Source of the DNA: Hamiltosporidium tvaerminnensis FI-OER-3-3
Lineage: Eukaryota > Fungi > Microsporidia
NCBI GenBank assembly: GCA_022605425.2
Contig: CM061255.1
Location: forward strand, 434,001 to 498,000
Reading direction: 5' to 3'
Length of the DNA: 64,000 nucleotides
The notes under the pieces are model-generated. The model made no database searches. It was given only the letters and a program-made list of their open reading frames with translations, and was not told the origin of the DNA. Numbering within the stretch: the first letter of the stretch is position 1; every line of letters starts with the position of its first letter. Positions 1 through 12,499 of this stretch are shown in pieces. Position numbers and translations under genes: made by a program.

Positions 1-1
1 T

Positions 2-388
2 ATGCCACCAGGATGCCCGCCTCCTCCACAATATATGATTACACCATCAAATATGAGTTTGTTTTCTTCTATGCCACCAGGATGCCCGCCTCCTCCACAA
101 TATATGATTACACCATCAAATATGAGTTTGTTTTCTTCTATGCCACCAGAATGCCAGCTTACTCAACAAAATATGATTCCATCCTTAGCTGTTAGTTCAA
201 ATCCTTCTATACCTCTAAGATATCCTAATTATTATTAAAGTCAAAACCTTCAATTTATTTTAAACCCACCGTTGTCTCAACTGCCACCTATCTATTCTGA
301 TCCTCAACAAAATATTATTCCACCATTATATATTAATGAATTTAATCCTATGCCACCGAAATATCATAATCCCCAAGTAAACAGGTGA
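2..388 (+). pseudogene. Proline-rich tandem-repeat coding sequence (69-bp / 23-aa unit), probably cut by the window edge, with an in-frame TAA at 236-238
   Basis: Unit MPPGCPPPPQYMITPSNMSLFSS at 2 and 71, diverging at 140 and 209. Related units continue in the same frame past the TAA (LPPIYSDPQQNII at 281, MPPKYHNPQ at 350) to TGA at 386-388. Confidence 0.5.
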
Positions 389-2362
389 TTTATCAAATAT
401 TCTCACCGATGGTAGTAACATAGCTCCAATCTATTCAAACCCCTGAAAAAATGATTTTTAATGTGTGATGAATCCCTATGTTCCGTGTACCATCCATTAT
501 TGTCATAAAGATCTCCTTAACTTATTTTATCTTCTTTCATACTCAAAATCTCTTTTAACCCTAAAAGTTTTGAAAAATAGAGAGATATTTGTTCCACTTT
601 AATAAAATCCAAAGTATAATATTTTATTTTTTTTTCTTATATTTTTAGAGTTTAATGTCTTTTAATCTTAAGAATATTAAAAATCTAGATAATCTAATGA
701 ACTATCGAGGAATGGCACAAAAAAAATACTTTGTTTATAAATGTTCGGAAAATAGTCATTATTAGTTTTTACTTAAAACAAAATTCCTTAAAATTTGTAT
801 TGATGAATGCAAAACTAAATCTATGTTGATGTCTCAATTCAACGGTTAACCAACGTGTTATAAATCGAAATAAATAACTTTGAAAAAGTATCAAGGTTTA
901 AATACCAGAGATCCCTCTTTAATTGGAATATAAAAATGTTTTCGATATCAATCGTAGAATAAAGACAGCCAACCTGACCTACTTGGCTTTACAATGCTTA
1001 CTGAAATCAAATAAGATAAAGTAAATAAGAAATAGCAAATATATTGAAAGATTATTAGACTATAACATTTTATGCTTCTGAACATCGGTAAAGATCAAAG
1101 AGATTAAAACCCGTGTGACATATTCGGAAGAAAGATAATTAAAACAAATATAGCTTAATATTTCAAAATAAAGAGTGAGGAATCGGTCAAATAAAAAAAT
1201 ATATGAGTCTTATTTAAAAGCCAATTTAGTCCCTATAATCGAACAAAGAAGACACTGATGACTCGAAAATACACAAATAATGTATTCAGAAATAGTTTTC
1301 AGTATAAATTTTATATTTGCACTTGAAGAAAAGAGAAATACAAATAGATCTGGAAAAAACTGCCTGATGATGTGGATAAAAATCTAGGAAATGCAGTATA
1401 ATGCAATAGGTAACTTTAGTGAATATGAGATATGAATTGAGACATTTTGTTAAATAAGCTAGAGTTCTTTAAAAAACAGTGGCGACAGGAATTAACTAGT
1501 ATATTTATGGATAAAAGAACGCGTTTCAAATGCTGTAATAATATCTAAACAGTTATATAAAAAATTTTAAGAAATATATCTAAAAAGTCGATCATATTTA
1601 GCTGAGTACACAAAAAGTCGAAAATTTTGCTTTACTTAGTTACAATATCTATTTCGAAGGCGTAAATCTTTCTAAGATTTTTCTAGATATTAAGCTGCTT
1701 GTTGGCCCACATTTTTTCATACTGCAACTTAACAAAAAATTGCTTATATTGAACAGAACTACTACGAGTTTCCAAAGAGAAAATAGAGTAGAAATTCAGA
1801 ATATATAAATTCCCTTTACGTCATATTCTTTAGGAACAATTTAGCGATTTTATCAAGCATTTCAGACAGGCAATATGATTCTCTGATGTTAAAGCTGCAT
1901 ATATAGAGGTACGAATATAAATGCGCAAAATGACACAATTCTAAAGGTAATGGAAGCAAATGAAATGTTCATCACCAGATAATCTTGGCCAAAACTATTT
2001 CAAATCGAGAAGTGAATTATACATGTTTCAATTCGTATTGTTTGATATACCAGAAGCAATGCAATTCGATACTGTTGGGAATTAAAAAATTCATTTGTTT
2101 TATTGGCGCAAATATTATGATCATAGACAAAGAATCTCGTAATATCAGACCAAAAGTACCAGAATAGAAAATAGACTATTTTATAAAAGATTACTCGAAA
2201 TAAGTCCCGGATTTTATAATATTTTATGAATTTTTTATCACATCCATGTTTTATTTGCTCAAAGAATCATTCATTTTTAAATAAATAAAATTTTCTAGGT
2301 TCTGTTAATCAACAAATAAAAATATAATTTCGGGTTACAATAAGAGTAATATGAAAATAAAT

Positions 2363-3090
2363 TACTTTATTTAAAAGTATCACATCGTTTTAGAATAGTG
2401 GCAAGTGTTATATTTGTTTTCATGACACTAACGCGGTTCTAGGTATAAAAAAATAACTGCTACCCAACACTCCATCCGTACCTCCTGTTATAACAACGTC
2501 TCAAAGCCTTTCATCTACCAGGTGTGTAAAACCTAATTACTAGGCGAGGGTTGCCCTATTTTCTTTAATGTCCGTTGCATGGAATGTGATCGAAGGCCGA
2601 AGCCCCCTCCTGGGCTCCCCCAAGAATATGCAGCATTCCCACTTACTCTACACTTTCCGAACCCAATAAACTTCTAGCTAAGATATATTTCAGAGATTTA
2701 CATGAGGTCCACCTAGACAGTGCAATGTCATACCAACAGATATAACCTGCTACTTAGCTTTCCTGGCTTTAAATGGTTTTTTGTTTTATATCTCCCAGGC
2801 GCTATGTCTTCTAACCCGAGTGAGCAAGGCTAGGTTTCCATGCTTTTACATGGCAATTACCTACATGTTCAGCTGCGATCTGCAATTTGGTTACATAAAA
2901 AACTACAAATAAATTTGTAGAAAAAGTTTCTCCATTTCTTAGACCTCTCCTCTTCATAACAACTCATATGGAACAACTGAAGATGTAGTGTGGTTGTATT
3001 CCCACCAAAAATCCAAAAAATGATATTCACACCAGTTTCACACACTCATTGCCAAGCAGAAAGTTTTTTATGTGGTTATCCTCCCTCCAC
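2363..3090 (-). mobile_element. ~730-bp non-coding dispersed repeat (SINE-like), copy A, with target-site duplication
   Basis: Closely similar along its whole length to the copies at 24101, 48107 and 56111. Flanked by the direct repeat ATAAGAGTAATATGAA(A/T)ATAAAT at 2340-2362 and 3091-3113. Confidence 0.9.
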
Positions 3091-4494
3091 ATAAGAGTAA
3101 TATGAATATAAATAATTTTTTAATTGATTTTTAATATTTATCGGTGATGTCTGATCAAAATGAAGATAAAGGAACAATATATCTGGTAAACTCTAAATAA
3201 AAATGTCAAAAGAAAAAGAAATAGATTAACTGCAGTACTCACGTAGTAATAACAGATGCATTGAAAACAAAAGAATTTTTTTAGCAGAATAAAGAAAATA
3301 TTTTCGAAGTTTTAGAAAAAAATGTACGGTGAAGCTAAATGATACAAATATTCAAAATTTTTCTGTTAAAAAAATGATATTAAATGAAACGAAAAAAAAA
3401 TTGTTGTGTTGTGTTATAATGATTTAGTTGTTACTAAATCAGTAATTTCGAAAGGTAAAAATGCAAGTAGAAAAATCTATAATGGGAGATAGTTGCTATT
3501 TACAAAAGTTTATATAGCGTTATTCGAATATAATGAGCTTTTATTAAATTATAAAATTTGACTTTATTTGTTCTAAAAATTTTTACGATAAATTTTATTG
3601 TATCCCTACTAAGCTTTAAGTAAAGGGTTTTCAACGCATAAGTGAGATTCTATGAGATATTAGGGTGGCTTCATAAAAGATGAATTTGAGAGCTACTTCT
3701 AAAAAGGCATCAAATTTTTAAAAAGAGATTTTTAGAAAATGAATATGTTGAGTTTAGGGGAAATAAGATGAAAAAGGTGTAAATTATTAGATTTAGGCTA
3801 TATTTATCATGGTTTATTGATTCAATCTATATTTTTACAATTAGTCTGAGCTTTTTATAAATCATAATCTCAATAAACATTAATAAATAAATTACATTAT
3901 ACAGATCATTTATCAAACCTTACCTTATTTGCTGAAAAAATATCTGCATTTAACTGATATAATATTTACTATATGGGTTGAATTGGTTTATAGGAGTATG
4001 TTTAGTCATGGTTTTTACAGAAAAATAGGCTAGTTATAAGACATTATAATTTTGATCTTGAAACAAAAGTAGAAATTATTTCAGTTTTATATAAAAAATT
4101 TGCAAAATCTACTGTCGATATGTGTTATAATAACTCCTCTCTCCAAAAAAAACAAACCAATGCAGAAAAATGCATCAAATGTAAATAATAAAAAACCCAT
4201 AGATCCTTAAATTAGCTGGCAAAATTCTACTTGTTAATTTACGCCTTAAAAAATTATAGTTTTTATCTTTACAGCTAAAAAAGTTCTTTCCATGGTCAAC
4301 ATATTTTTTTTAGAATTGATGGTTTCCTCGATTAAATCGTAAACATCTGCTTTAAACCAAAGCTAAATCGATCCTGTAACTTATCATCGAAAAAACAAAA
4401 AACGTTTAATAATATTATAGTCTGAAGATCTGTAATAAATTTTTACATTGGGCAGTATTAATAGAATGGTTTTATTTTTAGAATATTTTACTGT

Positions 4495-5206
4495 TGCTAA
4501 ATATCACATTTTTTTTTGAAAATAATGGTAATTTTTATTTGTTCTCATATTACAAATACCGTTCTGAGTTTCCAATGGATAAACTGCTTCAAAACAAGCT
4601 CATCTGCATCCCGTATAAGGCCTAGATCCGAAATATTTCTATCTAAAGGTGATCAAGAGAGACATTTAATGAGCAATGTAGTTGCCTGTAAGACGATAAT
4701 TTTCGTTGCCTGGAGTGTGGTCCGGACCGAAACCCACATTTTCAATACCTCAGACTATTAGATCTACACTTACTCTATACTTTCCAAACTAATTAGACTT
4801 CTGGCCAAGATATATATGGGCGACTTACATGGTGTCTGATTAGACGTTGCAATGTAAAACTACCAGATACAACATTCGACTTAACCCTCTTGGGTTTTAG
4901 GGATATGCTTTTTTCATATCTACTAAGCGCCAAGTTTTTAACTCGGGTGAGCAAGGCTAGTTTTCTATGCTTTTATATAAAATTACCTACAAAATAGTCT
5001 TAGGTTTTAATCAATCTACATAAAAAACTATAAAATATCCTTGTAAAAAAATTTTAGTTTTTATACCCCCTTTTCCGTTAAAATTTCGAATGACCAAAAG
5101 AATATGTAGTGTAAGTTTCATCTCACTAAAATCCAAACAAAGATTTTGAGTCAGATTTCACATAATCATTACTAAGCAGATAGTTTTTAATGATTATCCT
5201 ACTTCA
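4495..5206 (-). mobile_element. ~730-bp repeat, degenerate copy B
   Basis: Colinear blocks CACTTACTCTATACTTTCC, CAAGATATAT, GTGAGCAAGGCTAG and AAGCAGATAGTTTTT are shared with copy A. Ends are approximate. Confidence 0.8.
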
Positions 5207-5295
5207 AAATTTTGAATATAATAACTTCATATATTTTTAAAATATTATTTAAGACTTGTTAATATAATGATAGTAGATTTTAAAGCCCTAAAAAA

Positions 5296-6339
5296 ATGTC
5301 AAAAAGAATAAAAGCTATAGAAAATTCTTTAACCGATTCAGAAAATACGAAAAATATTATAAAAAAACAAGAAAATGCGGAAATTGAAATTGAATATTTA
5401 AAGAAAGAAAATATAAAATTACGTGGAGAAATATCAATTGTTAGACAGAATATGGTATATATAGAAAGAGAAAATTATTCTATGAAAGAACAGCAACGGC
5501 AGAAATTGAAGGAAAACTTAGACAAAGCTGATGTTTTAAAGAAAGAAGTAAAAATGTTACAAATGGCAAACAAAATAAAAGAAAATCAGCTCAGGGCATT
5601 CAAAGTACCTTCTGCTGGTATTCAAGAATTACCGACCGAAATAGATAATAAATGGATCTTAGAACAGTTGTATCCAAAAATTTTTAATTCTGAACCTAAA
5701 GAATTTTGTGAGAAATATTCAGAAATAAATTTTAGTAGTATTTCTGGAGATTTTGCTGATTGTGATTACAATCATTTAAAATTTCTTCAGGATTTTCTTC
5801 CTAAGGAATTAAATAACATAATTTCACATCCAAATTTGTTTGTATTTTTAGAAAACATGAAAGATGATTTTGAAAAATTTTTATCACATTTTTTGATTTT
5901 TTCAATTAAAAAAGATGTATTCGACAAATATTTTCCGTTTATTTTAGAAAAAAAGATTTACAATAATTCAGATCATACAGATAAAATTTTTAAAATAGTT
6001 AATTATTCTCCTTTTGAGTGGATAATGGAATTACTTAATACGGATAATTTTATTGGTCTACTATCACATTTTTTAAAAATAAACATATCAAACGATTATA
6101 CCTTGTTGTTTTATATAAAAATTGCAACAGAAAGATCATTCATATTGAATTTATTCTTGACAAAAGATATGTTTGATATTTTAGTCAAAAACACAAATAA
6201 TTATTATATCAAAAAATTGATTCAAATAATTTGTACAAATAAACTTATTTCATATGTTGATAGCAATAATATAAATTATATTGGAATAGAAAACCTTAAA
6301 AATATGTTTGGTGATGAATTTTTTGAATTTGAATTCTAA
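5296..6339 (+). CDS. Hypothetical protein, N-terminal coiled coil (347 aa)
   Basis: Long ORF in AT-rich DNA with GCCCTAAAAAAAATG start context. The first ~100 aa are E/K/Q-rich and heptad-like. No family recognised. Confidence 0.8.
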   Translation: MSKRIKAIENSLTDSENTKNIIKKQENAEIEIEYLKKENIKLRGEISIVRQNMVYIERENYSMKEQQRQKLKENLDKADVLKKEVKMLQMANKIKENQLRAFKVPSAGIQELPTEIDNKWILEQLYPKIFNSEPKEFCEKYSEINFSSISGDFADCDYNHLKFLQDFLPKELNNIISHPNLFVFLENMKDDFEKFLSHFLIFSIKKDVFDKYFPFILEKKIYNNSDHTDKIFKIVNYSPFEWIMELLNTDNFIGLLSHFLKINISNDYTLLFYIKIATERSFILNLFLTKDMFDILVKNTNNYYIKKLIQIICTNKLISYVDSNNINYIGIENLKNMFGDEFFEFEF

Positions 6340-6671
6340 TTTTCTTTGTTTCGTCTTTAATTCATAAGTAAGCCTAATTGTTAAATAAAATCACATTTAA
6401 TATTTTATTATATAATAAAACATCATTCAAGTTTGTGTTTAAAATTTTGACTTTCTCATAATTATTACCTGATAGCTTTAATACAATAGATTCATATTTA
6501 AATTAAAAATATAAATATATAGTGACACAAAAAAAATCTGCAAATCTCTAGAATCAGACAGGAAATTTTTTAGTGTATTTACTCAATAAATAGAATACTT
6601 TCTATTTAGATATATGATTTCAAATCAACTAAAGGGATAAGATAACGAGATTTGACCTATATTCATTATAC

Positions 6672-7390
6672 TTTTCTAAAAAAATCACATCTTATTAAAA
6701 CAATAACAAGTATTATATTGTTTTCATGACATTAACGCAGTCCAAGGTTTAACATAAATAATTTCACCCCCAAATACTAGATGGTATCTCATATGATATC
6801 CACATTCTATGGTCTTTCATATAAAAGATTAGACTCCAATTGATATACAAGCCAGTTGCCCTGTTTTCGTTGATGTCTGTTATATAGTGTGTGATCGTAG
6901 ATCGAAATCCACCCTGGGGTCCCCAAGACTATTCAGATTCCCACTTACTCTACACTTTCTGAATATAATAAACTTCTAGCTAAGATATATTTCAGCGACT
7001 TACATGGGATCCATCTAGACTGTGAAATGTCATACAAACGTATATAGGCCGCTACTTAAGTTTCCCAGCTCTAAAGGGGTTTATTTTTATATCTCCCAGG
7101 CGCTAAGTCTTATACAGCGAGTGAGCAAGGCTAGTTTTTCGTGCTTGTACATGGCTATTACCTTCATGTTCAGCCGCGGTCTACAATCTGGTTACATAGA
7201 AACCAAAAAATATATTTGGGAAAAACGCTTCGTTATTTCATTGACTTTCTCTTTCTCATACAATGTGATAGAACAACTCACAGATGCAGTGTGGTTCTAT
7301 CCCCACGCAAAACCTCAAAAATGATCTTCATATCAATTATACACGCTCATTGTCAAGCAGAAAGTTTTTATTGTGTTTATTCTCCCCCAC
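6672..7390 (-). mobile_element. ~730-bp repeat, copy C (moderately diverged)
   Basis: Colinear with copy A (TTTTCATGACATTAACGC, CCCACTTACTCTACACTTTC, GTGAGCAAGGCTAG), ending in CTCCCCCAC. Confidence 0.88.
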
Positions 7391-9526
7391 TATATAAATA
7401 TATGAAAAATTTATAATGCATGAAAATTTTATTAAATTAAAACTCTTAAATAGCTTCTCCTATCACAGATTTCAGATTGGAAAGCCAGTAAATAATTTTC
7501 ATAGATTCATAAATTAAGAAATATTGCTCGGATATCATATTTGAAATGCAATCTATATTTTTAAACACAACTATTCTTTATATATTTTTATCATATTGTA
7601 GATCAATATTCAAACTTTATCATAGGCGACTATGATTGCGTATGAATTTCAGATAGTTTAAAAACATTCGAAAGCAGAGCAATTCAGGAATATTATTATC
7701 TTTAAGTAGTTGCCTCCAAAATTATTATGTAAAATTTTTCTTCGGTAGCTGAATGGTTATATTTCTTAAGAATACCTTTTAATAACACTTTTTGTTTGTA
7801 AATTTCGAATTAATCTGATAAATAATCTAATTTGAAGGTTTTGTACAAACAAAAGTTTCCTTTCTGATAATCTACTCTAAGAAATATTAGAAATACTAGA
7901 ACGTAACTTTTTTATATCAATAATTTTTTTCCGTTTGTATATGTTTTTCTTTTGTTTGCTCAGTCAAAACACATAATTATAGCTTGAGTATCACGCGAAA
8001 CGTTTATAGTAGTCCTGAATTGCGTCATAAGCCTATGAGTAGATAGTATCAATTCAACCTGATTACTAATTTTTATATTTTTGATTCATTCTGAGACTTT
8101 CTAGCCTAGATAATCATTTCTACTATTTTCCTCTATGAAGTTTCTTTATTTATATAGAAACAGGCATGCATCTTTTGGATTCATGTCATATTTTGTTCCT
8201 TGAAGGGTATGTTCAGTGAGAAAAGTGATATTTACTTTGTTTTCGACCTTCATCTCGCCTTATTACATTTTACAATTCTATTACATGTATTGCAAATGAA
8301 TTTAAAGCATCCGTACGTGCAAACTTCTCTTTATAGTAATTACATACCCCAGTAGTCTTTTTGAAGCATTTCCTCAAATCTTATCCCTATATAAAAAATA
8401 TATAGTAAAATTATTTTCTATTAGCTTAATATGTGCGAAATAAATTTTGGTATGACGCTTCTTACAACTAGTCATTTTTGTAATTGGAATAATTTGCATT
8501 TTTTTTATTACTTCGAAGAATCCATTCAAATATTAAGATAGTCTATGATTTAAAATAGTCTTACACAACCAAGTCTTATATTTTTTCATAGCAATGAATT
8601 GATGTCTGTAAAACGAAAAATAATTGTTCATTAACAATTATAAACATATTTTTATTAAACCAACGCCGATTTAGATTATTATAGTTTTTCTCGTATTTTG
8701 GGTTAAATCCATCTTTCTTTCTTATAACTATATATCTAACATAAAGAACTAGTTTAAATTCAACTATATAGGTTTTATATTTGGTCCGATAATTTAATTC
8801 TTTTAAATATGTATCATTTTTTTATGATGATTTCAATACCAATCTATGTAACAAAATTTACTTTATAAATTACTGAAAACTACCTGGAAATAAATATTAT
8901 ATACTCTTTTTTTAATGCCTTTATACTATTAGAGCCAAAAAAATCATTAATATTTTATTGCTTCGTTTTTTGAAACTATTTGCGCATTATTTAGATCTTA
9001 ATCTTTATTTATTAAAGAGTTATCAGAGTACAAAAGCCTCAGTGTTTACACAGTTAAAAACTGCACAAAGCAAAAAACTAATTTGGAACTTTGCTTTTAA
9101 GGTCTGTAATTTCGAAAACTTATCTATTATCGTTTTTTATAAATAAAGAAAAAACATTCCTAACCAAAATCATTGTTTTAAAGAAATAAAACCATAAATT
9201 ATAAGCTTAAAGACATCATGATCGGACACAATGAAAATCACAAGCATGATATAACTCTTATTTGCGCTTTATAGGGCAAACTAAAATTTTTCTTAATAAT
9301 TCGTTTTCGAGAGAAAAATTAAGACGGTTTTGTCAGTTAAATTTCAAAATGAAAAAAAAATTTAAATATTTCTTAACTATTGAATTCCGAGTAGTTTTCT
9401 TCTGACCTTTATTCGAACTAATAAAATATATCTGCAGTGTAATAATTTCTGATAATAATTTTAAAGTTGTAATAGGCTAAATATTCAAAAAAAATAAAAG
9501 AAATAAAAAATGCAACTTGTCTTTAT

Positions 9527-11821
9527 TCAATCATAATATAATTCTATTCTTCTATGAATATTGCTTACCATCATACAAAAATTATCATGGTTTGCATAAA
9601 ATGCCAAACATTTATATTGAAAGGTAGAAATCCAATACAACTGTAAAATATATAGCCTTTTTAACTGAATATTTTTGTTTAATTGTTTCTCACATTCTAC
9701 TGATAGATTTTTTAATATATTTTGGAAGGCCCAGCTCATTTTAATAATTTTGGAATTTCTTCTAGCTACTCCTTTGTAGTCTTTTACGAAAGATTTAACA
9801 TGTTTGTATATAGAACCAAAGGAAGAAAGATTTTTTTCCAAAAAGTATTCAAATTTGTCATTATAGAATTCAGAGCAGCCGCAATCCTTATTTTTAATGC
9901 TATATAAAATAAACGAAGCCAACTCTTTAAAGTGCTTTTCTGTAAAGCAAAAAGATTTATCCACTACCATTGCTATTAAAGTAGGTATTTGTACTAGCAA
10001 GAGAGTATTTCTATTTCCTTGACGAGTATTAGCTTTAAAATGATACCGAAAACAGTTTAAAACTCCATAAAAATCCGCTTTTAAATCGTTACCTTCGATA
10101 TTCCTTTGTAATCTTTCAAACAGCTGCCCGATATAGAAAGCCTTTTTACTCATCTCAGATCTTTTGTGCATATAGTTTTTTTTATCAGAATGAACATACA
10201 ATTCTCTATAATCAATTTCATTTAAATAAATTAATAGCGCATTTAAAAGAAAAACTGTTGAAACCAGATAATGTTGTTTTAAAAACCGTATTGGATCCTT
10301 TGTGTGCAGCTCTATGAAAACTGATATTTCATAAACTTTATTTAATTCCATACATCTTTTTAATTTAGAAAATGTTTCTGCTATTGTAGGTATTTTCAGC
10401 GATGCAACTATTTCATGTTTACTCATATCCCCGAATAGTTTTTTTTCATAATCCACAAATGCACAACATATTTTATATACTTCTGTGATTTCTGTATCGC
10501 ATTTTTCAATCAATTTTATTGCATCTGCGAACATATGCTCTAACTCATGTGCAGAATAGGTCAAATTAAGAAAACTTGATTCGGTTTGTGAAATGGGTGT
10601 TTTTTCTTTGTTAAAAAAATTCTGCAAGATAATATTCATATTCCAAATAATTAAATCTAATGGAATTTGTGTTTCTTTGGTATCTATCAAGCTTTCACAG
10701 TTTAGAAGATTAGTTTTGTTATCCGATAATATATTGGCGAGCATTCCGTTCCGTTGAGGCAGATTCCATGTTTCACTTCCTATCAATAATTTCAAGATAT
10801 TTTCGTATTCGCATTGCATAAGTTTTAACTTATCTAATGTTTTCATGCTTGTTTTCTTAAACAGCGTCATTGAAAATTCACGAATATACGTTTTATAATT
10901 TTCAACGATCATTTTATTTCTATCTTCGAGTTTGACTCTCCATAATAATTCTGAATGATCTGCTGATGCTACATATTTGACGGTTTTTGCAATCATATTA
11001 TTCCATTCTTTTTCTGATGGTTTAGCAGACGGATTCGCTTCCGAAATATTTTGGGTTGCATTAGTATTTACGCATGTGGCAGTAGTTTCTGCATTAGAAA
11101 TTATGGCTTGGCCTTCGCTACTATTTTGTAGGAGTGGATCCGAATCGGAACCTTGGAAATTATCTGAATACCTCGTATTAGTCATATATCCTCTTAAATC
11201 TAAATTTCTTTCTTCGATTATTGAATTCTCCGCATTATTAGACACGATATCTTCCCGTGAAGTTTTTAATTCAGTGTTTTTATCAGCGATAGACCCCACT
11301 ACATCATTTATATTAGCTATATCAGTGTTATCTATATGTAAATCTTGATTTGTGGAATTCTCATTACCTTTAATTTCTGAATTGCTGGTTTGAAATGTTG
11401 AATACGGAACTGAATTGAAATCTCGTCGCAATGTATCTGACTGATATTTTGGGCTTACAAAACCATGACTCGAATTTATAGTATATGAGTGGCTTGGAAA
11501 ATTAAATGGGGAAAATGTACCGCATGGGTAATGGTAGTTCCTATACCGAGACAGTGTATGTAAGCTCGGTAGTATATTATACGGACTAAAGCGGTTTGAA
11601 GGTTTATATTGATTTGTAAATGAATGAAGATCTCGCGGTCTTGTTGTATAAGTGCTTGAATCTGGAATTCTAGCAGAACAGCTTTCATCAGAGTTTCCAG
11701 TCAAATTTAAACCGTTTATTTGGTGTTGATATAAATGAGACCAAATGTCAGATGACATTGCTACCTTAATAAACATGTATATATAGAACCGAAAGAAACT
11801 TTTTCTGCAAATTGGTATCAT
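9527..11821 (-). CDS. Unknown multigene-family protein, paralogue 1 (764 aa); possibly secreted
   Basis: Long ORF sharing VDYEKKLFGDM, GQLFERL, LLVQIPTLIAM-DKSF and RLYILQLYW with the ORFs at 17616 and 25523. Weakly hydrophobic N-terminus followed by an S/N-rich region. Confidence 0.88.
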   Translation of the reverse strand: MIPICRKSFFRFYIYMFIKVAMSSDIWSHLYQHQINGLNLTGNSDESCSARIPDSSTYTTRPRDLHSFTNQYKPSNRFSPYNILPSLHTLSRYRNYHYPCGTFSPFNFPSHSYTINSSHGFVSPKYQSDTLRRDFNSVPYSTFQTSNSEIKGNENSTNQDLHIDNTDIANINDVVGSIADKNTELKTSREDIVSNNAENSIIEERNLDLRGYMTNTRYSDNFQGSDSDPLLQNSSEGQAIISNAETTATCVNTNATQNISEANPSAKPSEKEWNNMIAKTVKYVASADHSELLWRVKLEDRNKMIVENYKTYIREFSMTLFKKTSMKTLDKLKLMQCEYENILKLLIGSETWNLPQRNGMLANILSDNKTNLLNCESLIDTKETQIPLDLIIWNMNIILQNFFNKEKTPISQTESSFLNLTYSAHELEHMFADAIKLIEKCDTEITEVYKICCAFVDYEKKLFGDMSKHEIVASLKIPTIAETFSKLKRCMELNKVYEISVFIELHTKDPIRFLKQHYLVSTVFLLNALLIYLNEIDYRELYVHSDKKNYMHKRSEMSKKAFYIGQLFERLQRNIEGNDLKADFYGVLNCFRYHFKANTRQGNRNTLLLVQIPTLIAMVVDKSFCFTEKHFKELASFILYSIKNKDCGCSEFYNDKFEYFLEKNLSSFGSIYKHVKSFVKDYKGVARRNSKIIKMSWAFQNILKNLSVECEKQLNKNIQLKRLYILQLYWISTFQYKCLAFYANHDNFCMMVSNIHRRIELYYD

Positions 11822-12499
11822 ACTAATTTTTTTTTGGAGCTTTATATAAAGTGTATAAAAAAATTTTAATTATCGATAAAAATATAAAAAGATCAAAATG
11901 AATGTTCTCTGTTATTATAAAATATATTTTTAGATTAATTATTATGATTAAAAACCGGGAAAATATAAGGCCAGTTATTTCAGGAAAGTATTTTAGAATT
12001 TCATAATCAGAAAAACAGAAATATCTATAAAACATTTATATAAAATTTATTGGTCTTTGAGGTTTTTCTTCTACTTTTAACGCGCTAATTTCGCTTTTTT
12101 TCACAGCTATAATTCTTAAATTTATCAATTTGTAGTTTATTAGTTTGTTTTGATAAAATGCTTGATATGTTAAAAAAACTCCCGCCAAAGTAGCAGTATT
12201 GTATTTGATTATTAAACAGCCTATTTTTTGTATATTATTTAATATAATTTCTCACACCAAGAGTATATTTTTAACAATAATAGTTGTCTTTAAAGAAAAT
12301 ATATTATTAGCATTTTTTGTGCATATAAAAAGCAGCCAGTAGAATTAGTCTAAAACACGGTTTCTTCAATCGAATTTAGTTATTTCAGAAAAGATACAAT
12401 AAAAGGTTCTAATAGCTCTATTTACTATTGCATTTGAAGTTAAAATAGATTTGATATAAAAATTTGTAGAAAATTTTGATATTATTTTATCATGTTTTA

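Noticed and set aside
7022-7416. Short ORFs within copies of the 730-bp repeat (also 4516, 24551, 24656, 48529)
   Set aside because: Starts, stops and frames differ between copies, so there is no conserved coding capacity.
7900-8480. Possible integrase zinc-finger relic on the minus strand (IGIRFEEMLQKDYWG, CNTC)
   Set aside because: Too fragmentary to support without a translated homology search.
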